This document shows, in pieces, positions 1 to 11,718 of a stretch of 64,000 nucleotides of DNA. How positions within the stretch are numbered: the first letter of the stretch is position 1; the number at the start of each line of letters is the position of its first letter. Both the position numbers and the translations under genes were made by a program. The notes under the pieces were generated by a model. It made no database searches, had not been told where the DNA came from, and was given only the letters and a program-made list of their open reading frames with translations. Origin of the DNA: Lama glama. Taxonomy: Eukaryota. The stretch spans positions 63,924,001 to 63,988,000 of the forward strand of contig CM052816.1 in NCBI GenBank assembly GCA_028534125.1, written 5' to 3'.

Positions 1-504
1 TTCTTCTATGTGTTGTTGGAAGAAGTCTAGACTCTTGATAGATTTACACTGTAAATCTAGACTCCGTGAATCCTGTCACCGAGGCTGTGGACATGCTGAG
101 AGTTGGGAAGTGAATGACCATGGTGAGAGTCCACACCCACCCTTTGATGGGGAGAGTCTGCTAGAAGCACCTTCCCCAAGGGATAGTGGCAGTGAGCACT
201 GAGAGGGCAGCGGCAAGTGGTCCACCCCACTGACTCGATGGAGATGGGAAACAGTGTCCCCTTTAGGACTCTACCCATAGAGTGACAGCCCCACAAAGAA
301 GAGCTGGGCACAGGCCAGGCTCCACAGTTCCCTTGATGCCCCTTATAGGGTGTGCCCAAGGCGTCGATGCTCTTGTGTCTCATATATTCACAACATCATC
401 TCTTTCCAGCTTGCCTTACACAGATGAGAAACAGTGGCCATTAATTCATTCTACATGCTGCATTGAAGACCAGGGGGTTGTATGAGACTTGGAGGATCAA
501 CACT

Positions 505-620
505 GATGTTTCATTAGCACCCAGTTTGTGGCTGGTGCTTTTGCTGCATCCTCTTGTTTCATCATCCAATGTCAAAGGAATTGTGTTCCATTTTACAGAC
601 TGGTAAACTGGAGCTAAGAC
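505..620 (-). mobile_element. MIR SINE fragment
   Basis: ccattttacagactggtaaactggagct resembles the reverse complement of the MIR core (cccattttacagatgaggaaactgaggc). Confidence 0.6.
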
Positions 621-1384
621 ACCTTCAGGAATTAGACTGAAGTCATTTTAAAGATGACTGTAACTTCTGAAGTTTTTAAAGATATGCAAATCATCTTCCA
701 TGGCAACGCCCCCAAACTATTTGGAGAGCAAAGCGGGTAAAATCACCGTGAGGGAGGGAAGAGAGGCCAGAGCTCAAGTTCCTCAGACAGTTGCAGTTAC
801 CTCTCAAAGCTCTTTGTCTGGGCCTGAGTCCCAGTACGTGACTCTGTGGTGCTCCCTCTCCCCATCCTTCATCCCCCAAGCTCTTACTCTGAGTGGGAAG
901 GTAAGCAAGGCACAGGGGAGGGTAAGGTTAGAATGTGTCTGGACAAACTCATAAGGCAACTGGAAGAAATTTTAGTGGCCTGGTTTCCTGAAGAGGCCCA
1001 AGTGAACAGCAAGCATCATTTTCAAATTGAAAGTAGGGCAGTTGCTTTAATATAAGTGTCTTTAATGAAGAATATTTGAAATTCTGAAATTTCTGTAGAC
1101 ATAGAATTATCCTATTTGACTGAGTAGTTTTGGAAAGCACTGCATGCCCTTCCTCCCAAGTGTCCCCATTAATCCAGAAAAGCCACCTTTCCGGTTTTGG
1201 GTCCTTCCACACACAGCCCTCCTGGGCCTCCTTGGCCCAAGGCAGAGAGAAAGAGAGCAAGGGTGAGAAGAAGAAGGCACCCTGTTTTCCCCTCTTTGGA
1301 GTTCTTGGTGCTCTGTCCTGTTCTCCAGCTTCGACACGAGCTCCTTTTCCATTCCTTTGTTCGCTGGCTCCTTGCGTGCTTATC

Positions 1385-1515
1385 TGGGTACTCAGCGCGT
1401 GCCAGACCTTGTGTTGAGCACTTCTCTCCTGGTATCTGTCACAATAACCTTCAAGGAGAGCACTGCTATCCCTGGTTGACAAATGAGCAAACTGAGGCAC
1501 AAGGAGGCTGAATGG
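1385..1515 (-). mobile_element. MIR SINE fragment
   Basis: gacaaatgagcaaactgaggcacaaggagg is the MIR core in reverse, preceded by reversed MIR 3'-end-like sequence. Confidence 0.75.
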
Positions 1516-1892
1516 TTTCTCCATGGATCACACTTGCAGGTGGCCCAGGGCTCTCCAACCTCCCTCCAGGACACAGACTGTCTCCCCTGCCCCGTATCTG
1601 CAGCCACCACTCGTGCTGGACACGTGTCACTGTTACACTCCGGGGAGGACGCATTTCCCCCATTACCCACACTGTCAGACTGAGGCCCAGGGTCACTCTG
1701 GGGTAAACAAGAGCTTAGAACCCCTTAGCCCACGGCAATCTTCATTAACCTTCAATAATCTGCTTTGCCTGCTGGGCCACACAGCAGTTCCCAGTGCTAA
1801 GTAGAACAGTTGCCCCTGAGAGGAGCTGTGTCCTTGATGGTGCTTCTAACAAAGAAAACAAATTGTAAAACTTAGCAGATCTGTGAATAGAT

Positions 1893-1985
1893 GGTGTCCA
1901 GAGTCTGACATAGTGTCTTGTGCATATTGAGTGTTTGATAAAGATTTGATTTGAATGAATGAGTGAATGAATGAACAAGTGAGTG
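1893..1985 (+). mobile_element. L2 LINE 3' end
   Basis: Degenerate acagtgcctggcacatag...aataaatatttgttgaatgaatgaa terminus with a (TGAA)n tail. Confidence 0.7.
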
Positions 1986-3214
1986 ACTCTGAAAGGTCTC
2001 TAAGGCTTCTCTGAAATTCTCAGCTCACTGCCGTCAGTACAGATGTGGCTGAGAGGCGGATCACCAGCAGGCCAGGCAGCTTGGCCCTGTCCTGCTCTGA
2101 CAGCAGCCGACAGGAGGGTGTGAGGCTCACAGTTCTCTGTGGAAAGTCTTCTTTACATTCGTGCTGAGCATTTGTATGAGATTCCCCACAAAGGTTGGTG
2201 GAATTTGTTTTTAGGATTACCTGACATGCATTAAAAGCAATTCACTTCAGAGCAAATACTAAAGAGTCATTTTGTTCATTGTCATTGATTTAATGGGGAT
2301 CAAAAGGAAAATTGTGTGTGAATCTATCATTTTTTAAAGAAATTTTGTTTTATTTATTAAAGGTAGAGAACTCTCCATTTCATGACCCACTTCTTGACTA
2401 AATTAAATATATGTGAAAGGAATTATGTAGCTAGTGATTTGCAAGTGTTCAGACTCTGGAGGAAACATAATGTGTATGGATTTTTTCATTTTAAAACATA
2501 TATGTAAGTAACAGTAGATTCTTTGTGGGTAAATTATGTGGAGGTGGTTAAGACTCAAGGTCAGATGTGAAAATTGCTCTTTTGCACTTTTTCCCCATAA
2601 TCTATCTCCTCTCCCTATCACCCATTTCTTATGATACCCTCCTGAGTCTTGGCCTACTTGAACTGAAAAGAATGTTTGGTCAACCACATCCGGAAGGCAG
2701 TTTTCAGGTACCTCCAAGTGGACTTGGCACTCCAAGTCATGACACATTTTGGGTCATTTTTTACTGTCTCTACAGACATCTCTGCTGTGCTGCCCTCTTT
2801 CAATTCTTGCAGTGGCTTTGAACTATGCTCCAGGAGTGCCATGAACACTTGGTAAATCCCCATACCTAATCAAGACATTCTCATTTCTGTTAGGGGCTCT
2901 ATACCATATCCCTCCAATCCAGAACCTCTGGTAACTTTTAGCTTGAGTTAAAGTTCCAGTCTGTGCATGGGTGAGTTCCAGCTAGAAAAGCTTTGTCTTT
3001 ACTCTTCAAGAAGGGAGGGAAGTTAATTGCCTAGAAGGTGTGATTAGAGCGGTGCCAGAAACCAACTAGGGAGCAGAAATATTCTCCCATCAGAGTTGAA
3101 ATTCTTTCTTTTGCACTGTCCGTTTAAATTGTATCTACTTTGTGTTGTTGACATATTAAGTTTAATAATTGAATAATTTTGTCATCCAATTCCCAACTAA
3201 GACACCTGAATATG

Positions 3215-3400
3215 TTTGAAAAAGAGAAAAAGAATGTAAACTGGCTCTGAAAATAATCTCAAAACGCAGGTTTGAAAAGAGTTTTGGGTGATGAAAGCAT
3301 CACTTAAGTGAGGACTTCAAGGGACTGTTTTAAAGAATAATGCTAGATGTGAAAGCTCTGATATATTTTTAAAAATTGACATGAGATTTTAGTGTCTTTA
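3215..3400 (+). mobile_element. Mariner-type DNA transposon fossil (MARNA-like)
   Basis: aaaagaatgtaaactggctctgaaaataatctcaaaa...gttttgggtgatgaaagcatc...caagggactgttttaaag resembles the mariner transposase 3' region. Confidence 0.45.
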
Positions 3401-5339
3401 ATGCAACTTTTTATGCTCAGAAAAGATTATACAACATGTTAATTTTGTTTTCAAAATTAATACTAAACTTATGAAGGTTATGCTTTCAAAAACATTTGGT
3501 TTTTAAGTTTAACTTCCAAATATTATTTTATTTTAAAATCAAGCAAAATTTTAGCACCTGTTTTTAAAAGGGGGCTTTGATTAATTTTTGGTCTAATTTA
3601 CAAATTAATCATTAAATTCCTTTAAACATTTTAAACTGAGTGTAGAAGCTTCATATATGCAGTTTTATTTTAAAGTACATTCTTTGCACAACTAGCAAAT
3701 ATATTTTTCTAAAGAGATTTCAACTTAAAAGTCACAAATCTATCCATTTTAAATTGGAATTATAGCACCAACCTAGTATTCTGATAGGCTAAATTCTGTT
3801 AACTATTACAAGTTCTCCCAAATACTAAATATGTACATAGTACTTATAAACACCCAAATATTAATATCATGAGACTGATCATCTTTAAAAATATATACTT
3901 AATTCTAAATGTCCCTGGAATTAAGAGATACATGTTTAGTAAGGAAAAATCAGGTCATTTCAAACAATTTTGCAGTAACCTTCATAAACAGCTTTTAGGA
4001 CCACATTTTTAGCTGAATTAGGTTATTCAGTGATTAAAGAGGCCATAGGCCAGGACACAAACTGGACTTGTGTCTATGACACTGATGGGACACATAAAGT
4101 CCCTTTCAAGTTTATAGCTGCTTTGTTAATGCTTGCCAGATGTTATCATCATGTGATTATCTTGTATTTGAGTCTTTTAGAGTCTGTCTCTATCCCTGCA
4201 TTTTGCTTGGATTCAACTTCTCTCTTTACAGCTTCACCATATATATACATATATATGCCAAATTCTTCAGGTTAGAACCACAAGCCAGAGATCTTTAAAT
4301 AACATGTAATTGAATCTCATCGTTCTATCTAATTCTGTGGTCATTGTCTTAATTAGGTCATGCCAGTGACAAAAATCAGTCACAATATTTATGCGTCATC
4401 AATACAGATAGATGAATGTTGACCTTTCAACTATCACCCTGGGAAACTCTACAAGTTACTCAGATGTCCCTTCTCCCAGTGCCTCCCTGAAACACACACA
4501 CTCACCTGGGCCATATGGGACTTCTGCTTCCTTATACCATTAATGAAAGAGCTAAGACAGTATTTCTGATATCCTCAAATGGAGTTCAGAAGGAATTTCC
4601 CATGTGAATACTGCTAGGCAAATTGCTTAGTGCCTGTGTTGCTCAGTGTCCTGCCAAGCTGGACACATGGCAATGTCACTGTTACTAAAGACAGCAGGTC
4701 TCTTAACAGTCTGCATTTCTTCATGTGCTGTGGGAGCAGACAGGGCAGTTCTATGCGACATCAGGAGGCAAGTGAAATGTTCTGTTTTCGAGAATCCTCT
4801 CTTTTTTCCCCAGGTTCTCCTCTGTCTTCCAGAGAAAGCCTCTGTCTATGGTTCCCTGCAATCTGCTGAGAAAGAACCATGTGGCCACCTGCACTGGAAT
4901 TCTGGGTGACGGTGGTCAAGGGCAAGTGAGGGGGCAAGAGAAACCCTACAAGGGTGATGAGGTTAGAGAGTGAGCCCTCTCAGAACAGAAGGAAGCTGCT
5001 CACAGGGCTGACATGCAGGTGGTAGTCAGAGGGGCAGGAAGGACTGATTGTTCAAGCAAATCAGGTAAGAAAGTCAATCTGAGCGGCGCACAGTGAGATT
5101 CAAAAGCACGGCCTCCTTCTCGCTACAACTTGATCTTTGGATCAGCCTGGTACCCTTGACTCTCCCTCCCCTAAACTGGTTTCCTTCCAGGAAGTTCTTG
5201 TGTCCTTCATGTGCATTGTCCTCAGCGGGCCCAACCCCACAGAGTCACCAACAGGGATAAATGTGCAGCTTGCGAAGATCCCTGCACTGTAAGATCCGCC
5301 CTGTGCCCCATCCTGCTCCTGACCCAAAGACAAGACAAG

Positions 5340-5490
5340 ATGAAGTGGGCTGTCTACAGGGCTGGTGGTTCCCCATCATCATACCTAGAGGTATTCAAAC
5401 AACCCCCTGATGATACTCAGTAAGGAGCAAACAAAATTCAGCTGCAGAAATGGGAGTTTTGGACTTTGGTAGGTCACTCTTACACTTGAA
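5340..5490 (+). mobile_element. L3/CR1 LINE 3' end
   Basis: gaagtgggctgtct...tccccatca...gaggtattcaaac...gggagttttggact matches the pattern of the L3 3' terminus. Confidence 0.6.
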
Positions 5491-6078
5491 GGACACTTCC
5501 CACATCATATCACGCATATTCAAATATGCCCACATTACACACTAAAGAGATTATTTCTGCTGTGAAAACTTAGAAGGATCTTTTATATTTTGTTTTGAAA
5601 TTATTTGATTTAGAATAAAATATTTACAATCCCTTACAATCCATGATTGTAACTATCCCCACAGCCAGCTGGCCCTTCTTTGCACTGGTTCATAATGCTA
5701 CCATTGTCAAATACCAGGTTCACTCATCCTACAGTCTGTTTGTCCTCTGCAACATTTGTCTCCTCATCTATCCCTGTGAAAGCATGACTGCCCACCTGCC
5801 ACCTGCAGCCTTTCTTCCGTGAGCCTGTCTCAGTTACTCTGGGCGATTTATTCTTCCATATGATCTTTAGGATCAGCTTACTAACCACCAATGAAAACTT
5901 CGTGTTTCAATCAAAATTTCATCTACTCTATAGATTACTTTGGAGAGAACTGACATCTTTTCTATCCTTCAATGCAGTTTTATAATTATCTCTATAAAGA
6001 TCTTGCATATCTTTTGTTAGATTTGTGCTAATCACTTTTGTTGCATTTCAAGTTGGCATCTTTTTGAATTTACATTTT

Positions 6079-6709
6079 TAAAAAACTTCTGGAAGAGATT
6101 TTTTTTTATTGAAGTATATAGTTAGTTACAATGTGTCAGTCTCTGGTGTACAGCACAATGTCCCAGTTATACATATACATGCATATATTTGTTTTCATAT
6201 TTTTTTCATTAAAGATTATTACAAGATACTGGATATAGTTCCCTGTGCTATACAGAAGAAGTTTGGTTTTTTATCTATTTTTATATATAGTAGTTAATAT
6301 TTGCAAATCTCAAACTCCCAAATTTATCCCTTCCCATCTCCTTTCCCCTGGTAACCATAAGATTGTTTACTATGTCTGTGAGTCTATTTTGTAGATGAGT
6401 TCATTAGTGTCTTCATTTTTCTTTTTTTAGATTTCACATATAAGTGGTATCATATGGAATTTTTCTTTCTCTTTCAGCTCAAATTCGAAAAGATACATGC
6501 ACCCCAATGTTCATAGCAGCACTATATGCAATAGCCACGACATGGAAACAACCTAAATGTCCATCAACAGATGGCTGGATAAGGACACTGTGGTACATTT
6601 ATACAACAGAATACTACTCAGCCATAAAAAAGAATAAAATAATGCCATTTGCAGCAACATGGATGGACCTGGAGATCGTCATTCTAAGTGAAGTAAGCCA
6701 GAAAGAGAA
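6079..6709 (-). mobile_element. Young artiodactyl L1 3' end with 5' inversion (twin priming)
   Basis: Poly(T) plus antisense 3'UTR at about 6099-6475, then sense-strand ORF2 C-terminus at about 6476-6709 (KDTCTPMFIAAL...MPFAATWMDLEIVILSEVSQKE); perfect TSD tgaatttacatttt at 6065-6078 and 6710-6723. Confidence 0.92.
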
Positions 6710-6806
6710 TGAATTTACATTTTCTAACTATTTGTTACAGATGTATAGGAATGCCATTGATTTGGGTATACTGATCTTGCTGAACTCTAACTAATTTCAT
6801 AGTTTA

Positions 6807-7175
6807 TATGGTAGACACTACCAGATCTCCCTGACAACACCACAGAAACACTACACTTCCCAGGTACCCTGCAGTTAGGGGGCATGTGATCAGTTGTGGC
6901 CAATAAAATGGGAGTGGAAGTGATGTGGGCCACTTCCAGGCCGAGGCAATGAAAAGCTCCTGCATGATTTTCCCCATCTCTCTCTTCTGCTGACACAGGT
7001 GTGGACACCTGGTGTTGAGCCAGCAGAGCCTGCCTGGGTTGATGAATCACTACATGGTAGAGTCAGAACTTCAACCGACTGCATGAGAAGGAAATAAACT
7101 GCTGTTACATTAAGTCACTGACATTTCAGGGTTAATTGTTAACATATCATGATCCAGCCTCCATTGACTAATACA
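6807..7175 (+). mobile_element. MaLR solo LTR (MLT1I/J-like)
   Basis: Starts tatggtagac (TGTGGTAGAC-like), contains gaaataaac, ends ttgactaataca; near-TSD gttta/gtttg. Confidence 0.85.
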
Positions 7176-7299
7176 GTTTGACTATAGAGTCCTTTGGCTT
7201 TTTTATGTGAACCATTATAGCAGCTGTGAATAATGAGTTTTGTTTCTTCCTTTCTAATTCTTAGGTTATTAAATTTTCATGAATACCAAACTTAACAAT

Positions 7300-7467
7300 T
7301 AATGAAGTTGACACGATGTTACATTTTGTAGATCTTTAATTAAACATTTATTTTGATTTGCAATTTTCCTTTGTGTTCTTACAGTTCACAGACATTTGCT
7401 AGGCCCTTAAAAAGCTTATAGGCCCGGGGCCCTGTGATAAGAGGGACTAAGGGTTAATAAGGCCCTG
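7300..7467. mobile_element. Possible hAT-Tip100 DNA transposon end
   Basis: Ends in taataaggccctg, similar to a reversed CAGGGCCGG-type terminal repeat, with taggccc motifs upstream. Confidence 0.35.
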
Positions 7468-8982
7468 GTTAGGCTGGTTGTTACTTTGAGAATTTACCAG
7501 TCTAGGAGCCTGATGTTCCAGAATGAACTGATATAACAGGGGCACAGAGAGCCTGGCTGAAGCATGTCAGGTGGGCTTGGACCATAAGTAACACTAGCAC
7601 CATGGGTGTCCTGACAAATCCATGCTGGAAGTCTCCCTTTTTTCCAGTTCATCATTTCCTTTAGGAGGAGAATCAAAGTTTTCCCTCTCTCCTTCTCTTA
7701 CTTCTAGAATTTGGGGAAGGCTCTGAATATCTTATTATTACCATTTTAACACTGTAGGTATGCTCTAGTTCAAAAAGGTCCAAAACAATAAAACCTGACC
7801 TTATCAAAGAATGTATGAATTGGAGGATGGTAATTTGCTTTACAAAGGGTTCCCTGCTCCACAGAATGAATTCAACTTTGGTGTCCCTAAAATAGCCAGT
7901 TCCCTTGGTGCATGTTAAATATAATTCAATTTACAAAAATTCGATTTGCATATAACCTTTTCAGTAGCACATCCATTGTGCAAAGCAATGTACACTTGTA
8001 ATTGGCTGCAAATTGCCAGGAGACCACCTTTGCACATATTGTTCCTGGATGTGCAATTTTTTCTTAATCTCCACGGGATAGAGGAGTAGAGTGGCTAAAT
8101 TTCCAGTTGTTTATCTGATCCTAGTGACTATGCTGAGAAAGGACATTTACCAATTATTTGAGGGCAACATGTGCTATGTACAGATTAATGCTGTGTACTT
8201 GGAAACAGGAGATGTGGGAAGTCTAGGAGAACTGAACGTGGACTGCCTGGCTGGGCTCGGGATAATAGTGCTATTTAGTTGGAGAAGCTCTCTTTATCTT
8301 GGTGGCCTGACAGGCATCAGGAGAAAGTGAAATGAAGCAAGGAACAAGTGATGATCATGGGTTTGGACCTCATTCTTCCCCATGTGGCGGTGGACCTGCA
8401 GGAGCATCTTCCCGGGGAGACAGACCCAGGTCTAGTGATCTGAGCCATGTGGTTAAGCAGGGTCACCGCTGACCCCCCCTCCAGCTACAACGCCTTGACC
8501 CCAGGGGTTCTGTATGTAATGTAATGGGTTCTGGCCACAGGAGTGTACCCTCGGTACTCACCAAGGTAAGTGTGGCATTTTCCCATGTGTTACGAAAAAG
8601 CCAAAGTGGCATCTTTTTATGGCAAATTGAATTTAAGTAGATTATTGCCGGAGATGCCAAGTCCCATCTAAAACCTTTTTCAACCTGAATACTAAAAACG
8701 CTGCCTGGCGTATCAGGCTCTCTTTTCAGAAATGATACCTTCCTCAGATGCTCCCACTGCCTCCCTTCCCCAGGTCTGATGCCAGGGCTCTTCTCGTCTG
8801 ATTAGGAGTTCCCTCTGGGGTTTCAGCCAGGGCGGGTAACAGCCCTCCTCCCCTAGGCTAGCCTGCAGGGTGTGTGAGACGCGGCAAGAATCAGATCCCT
8901 CCCTCCTGGAGACGCTGGCTCCTCCACCAGCTTTGGAGAAGATGCACTGAAAGGAGCTGAAGAAGTTTAAGACCTGGTTGTC

Positions 8983-9001
8983 TTTTTTTTTTTTTTTTTT
9001 T
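8983..9001. repeat. Poly(T) tract
   Basis: About 19 consecutive T. Confidence 0.9.
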
Positions 9002-10884
9002 CCCCCTGCTGCAGGGAATGACTCCTTATTCCCCAGTTCAGCTGAGCACTCTCTCCCTCTGCAAGTTCAACTCCCAGAAGACAAGGCTTGGCACCTTCCG
9101 GTTCTGAGGCAGGTGTTCTAAATTAGCTGCCTGGGCACAGAGCAATTAACAGCAACTTGAAAATGGGAATTTCTGCTAAACCAAATAAAAATACTGGGAT
9201 ATTTCTTAGAATTCTTAGAAGCCCAAGTTTGGAGTGGATGATTAAACACTCTACCCTAGCCCACCTCCAACAGAGAATTGGTTATTTAACCAAAATGTAT
9301 GTTTGCTGCAGTGGGAGGCAGGGCTCCCGCCTCAGGCCTGCAGCATGTGCCCCGCACAACTCCAGGTTCACCTGGAGCAGATACGGATGCGGACACTGCC
9401 CTCAGAGTTAGCAGTTCACAATGGGCACGGCCGTGCCCTGTAGTGCTGGCCTGGGGAGAGTAGGGCTGATAGATTTCTCTCTAGGCAGCCTGGATTTGGG
9501 GTAAGAGGACAGCCTGGGGTGCAGATGACCTGGGTCCACATTCTGGCTTGGCTGCTTATAACCTGTGCAGTCCTGGACCGTCTGCATAGCCTCTCCCCCA
9601 TGAAGCACACACAGCAGTGTGTGACTCACAGCCTATGGAGAAGATGAAATAGGAAGATGAGGTAGAAGTGCTTGGCATAACTTCCGTCATAAATGAGAGG
9701 TTCCCTCCCCGAGAGCACAGCTGGGAGTGGGGTGTGTCCCACAGCCAGGCTGGACAGGTCACCGTTCATCCCTTTCTCATCCCCTTTGATCCTAGAGGCG
9801 GAGGGGATAATGAGGAAGCAACAGACAGTGGGGCTTCTTGGGGTCCGATGTCCAGATGTGCTGAGCTCCAGGCATGCCCCGTGACCTGACCCCCGCCTCC
9901 CCAGAAAAGTTTCCCCATATTTTTCCTATTTGCACTAAAGCCAAGTCACTTCCCTGGTGAGGGAAGAAGTTGGAGGAGATGCTTGGGCAGTAGGTGGGGT
10001 GGGTGGGATGTGGGGTGGGGAGAGCACATGTTCTCCTTCCGTTCCCAGGGAGAGAACTATTGGCTGGGAATGGAAGGATAAGGTATAAGAATTTGAAATC
10101 TCTATTTTTGTATTTCGTATTTTCTGTGCTGCTTTCCTTTTTCTTTGTGGCCATTGTGTGTAACAGGGCCTATGAGCCCAAGGGGCTGCTGCTGAAGGAC
10201 ACACTGTGTGTTCATGTCGGGGGGTCACCGATGACCAGGTGACCAGCCCTTCTTAAAAGCTTTGGAAACTGGGAGGTCAGTCTGGCCCCGGGGTGGCCTC
10301 CTTGTTGCATCATGAAACTAGAACCTAGAATCTTCTGGGTTAGGTCTTGAGCATTTTGTTTGAGTGAAGAAGCCCATTCCCTTCTCTGCACCCGGACAGG
10401 GTGACCAGAACCTGCGGAGGCCTCCTCCAGCCTGCTTTGCTCTGGGGAGGGGGGGGGAGCAGAAGGACTGCGGAATCGCCTCCTTTGCCTGAGGGAGGGA
10501 CTGGAGTCAGACGCTGTTTTTGCTTTTCTCTCCAGGTTCCCTGGAGAACCCTGAACCTGAGATCAGACCTATTCAGATTCAATGATCAGACAAAAAGGAA
10601 GGGCATCTCCCAGGGCCCAGCCCTCAGCCAAGCCTGGCAACACCAGCATTCATCTCATTTTCCTGGAGAAAGTCAAGACTGTCAGTCCCGACCGTGGGGT
10701 AAGACTCAGGGAACCTCGGAGGGTGCCCACAGGAGCTCCTCACCTCGCTCAGCTCTCCTCCCCTCTGCTCTCAGCTGCTCAGAATTGACTTTACTGTCCT
10801 AGGTTCAGCGTATTCTCAGGGCTCAGCTGCTCCCCAGCCCTTCTGTCCAGAGAGAGCAGAAATGGTGTGAGCTATGGACCGAGA

Positions 10885-11075
10885 AGCAGGAGGCTGACCT
10901 CCACCAGTGCAGTGATGACTCAGGCAAGACATAAAACCTCCCTAGGCCTGTCTACTAAAAAAAAGAAAAAAAAGCCTGGCCTACCTACTTCCCTGGTTGA
11001 GAAGTTCAAGTTAGATGTGGATGTGAAAGCACTTTGTAAACTGCAGCACTGCACGGATGAACAGTGTGATTACTC
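10885..11075 (+). mobile_element. MIR SINE
   Basis: gatgactcaggcaagac...ctacctacttcc...gatgtgaaagcactttgtaaactg is the MIRb/c 3' half. Confidence 0.7.
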
Positions 11076-11124
11076 TCCTTGAGGGGGCGTGGGTGCTGAT
11101 GTGAGGCTGGCCTGGCCTTTGTGG

Positions 11125-11446
11125 TAGAGACGTCAAACTAGCCAGTGTACCTTGGAGTCTTGGGTATATTGTGTTTACACAGTGTTTAAAAATACTTAAA
11201 ATTCATTGCCAGTGTTAAAAAACCACAAATTTTTTACATTAAAAAACGGATTTCTAGCTTTACTTCAAAAATGAGAAGACCTGGCAAAAGTGGTCACAGG
11301 GGGCCACACTGGGCTGCAGGATCTGTCCCCAAATGGTCATGTTCTCACTAGTTCAGCACAGTCCCCCCACTCCCCAGTGTCTCATCCCCTCCCGTCTATC
11401 CCCTTGCTTGCCTGGCCCTTGTGGGCATCTGAATTTGCAATCCCTG
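11125..11446 (-). mobile_element. MER102 (hAT-Charlie) MITE
   Basis: Ends ggcccttgtgggcatctgaatttgcaatccctg; internal ggatttctagcttt...aaaaatgagaagacctggcaa and cagtccccccactccc match MER102 in reverse. Confidence 0.85.
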
Positions 11447-11718
11447 GCCCTCTAGGAGTTTATCTGAGACAGCTGCCTCTTATTTCCACTTTACTTTCAC
11501 TGTCCCCTCCCCACCACCACCATGCTGCCTTCTCATGGACAGGAGATTGGCCTTTTCTTAAGCAAGCGAGGAAACCCAGGGCTAAGAGGAACAGTATAGA
11601 GGACCTCTCCAAAAGGTGCCAGCACAAGCTTGTTTAGGGATGCCTGGTCTTCAACAGCGTTCTGAGAGGACTAGATGACGTTTCCACCGACCAGCATCTA
11701 CTCAAACATTAAGAGCAG

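Larger units (their letters stand above)
5845..7265 (-). mobile_element. Old L1 (L1M-type) ORF2 remnant in three pieces, interrupted by a young L1 and an MLT1 LTR
   Basis: Antisense ORF2 sequence at 5845-6078 (tatagattactttggagagaactgacatctt), 6710-6806 and 7176-7265 (gttttgtttcttcctttctaatt) is colinear once the two inserts are removed. Confidence 0.75.

Noticed and set aside
949..1524. Longest ORF (191 aa, minus strand)
   Set aside because: Begins inside a MIR, has no recognisable domain, and overlaps similar-length ORFs in other frames.
6444..6794. 116-aa ORF
   Set aside because: Chimeric reading across the L1 inversion junction and the host L1; not a gene.
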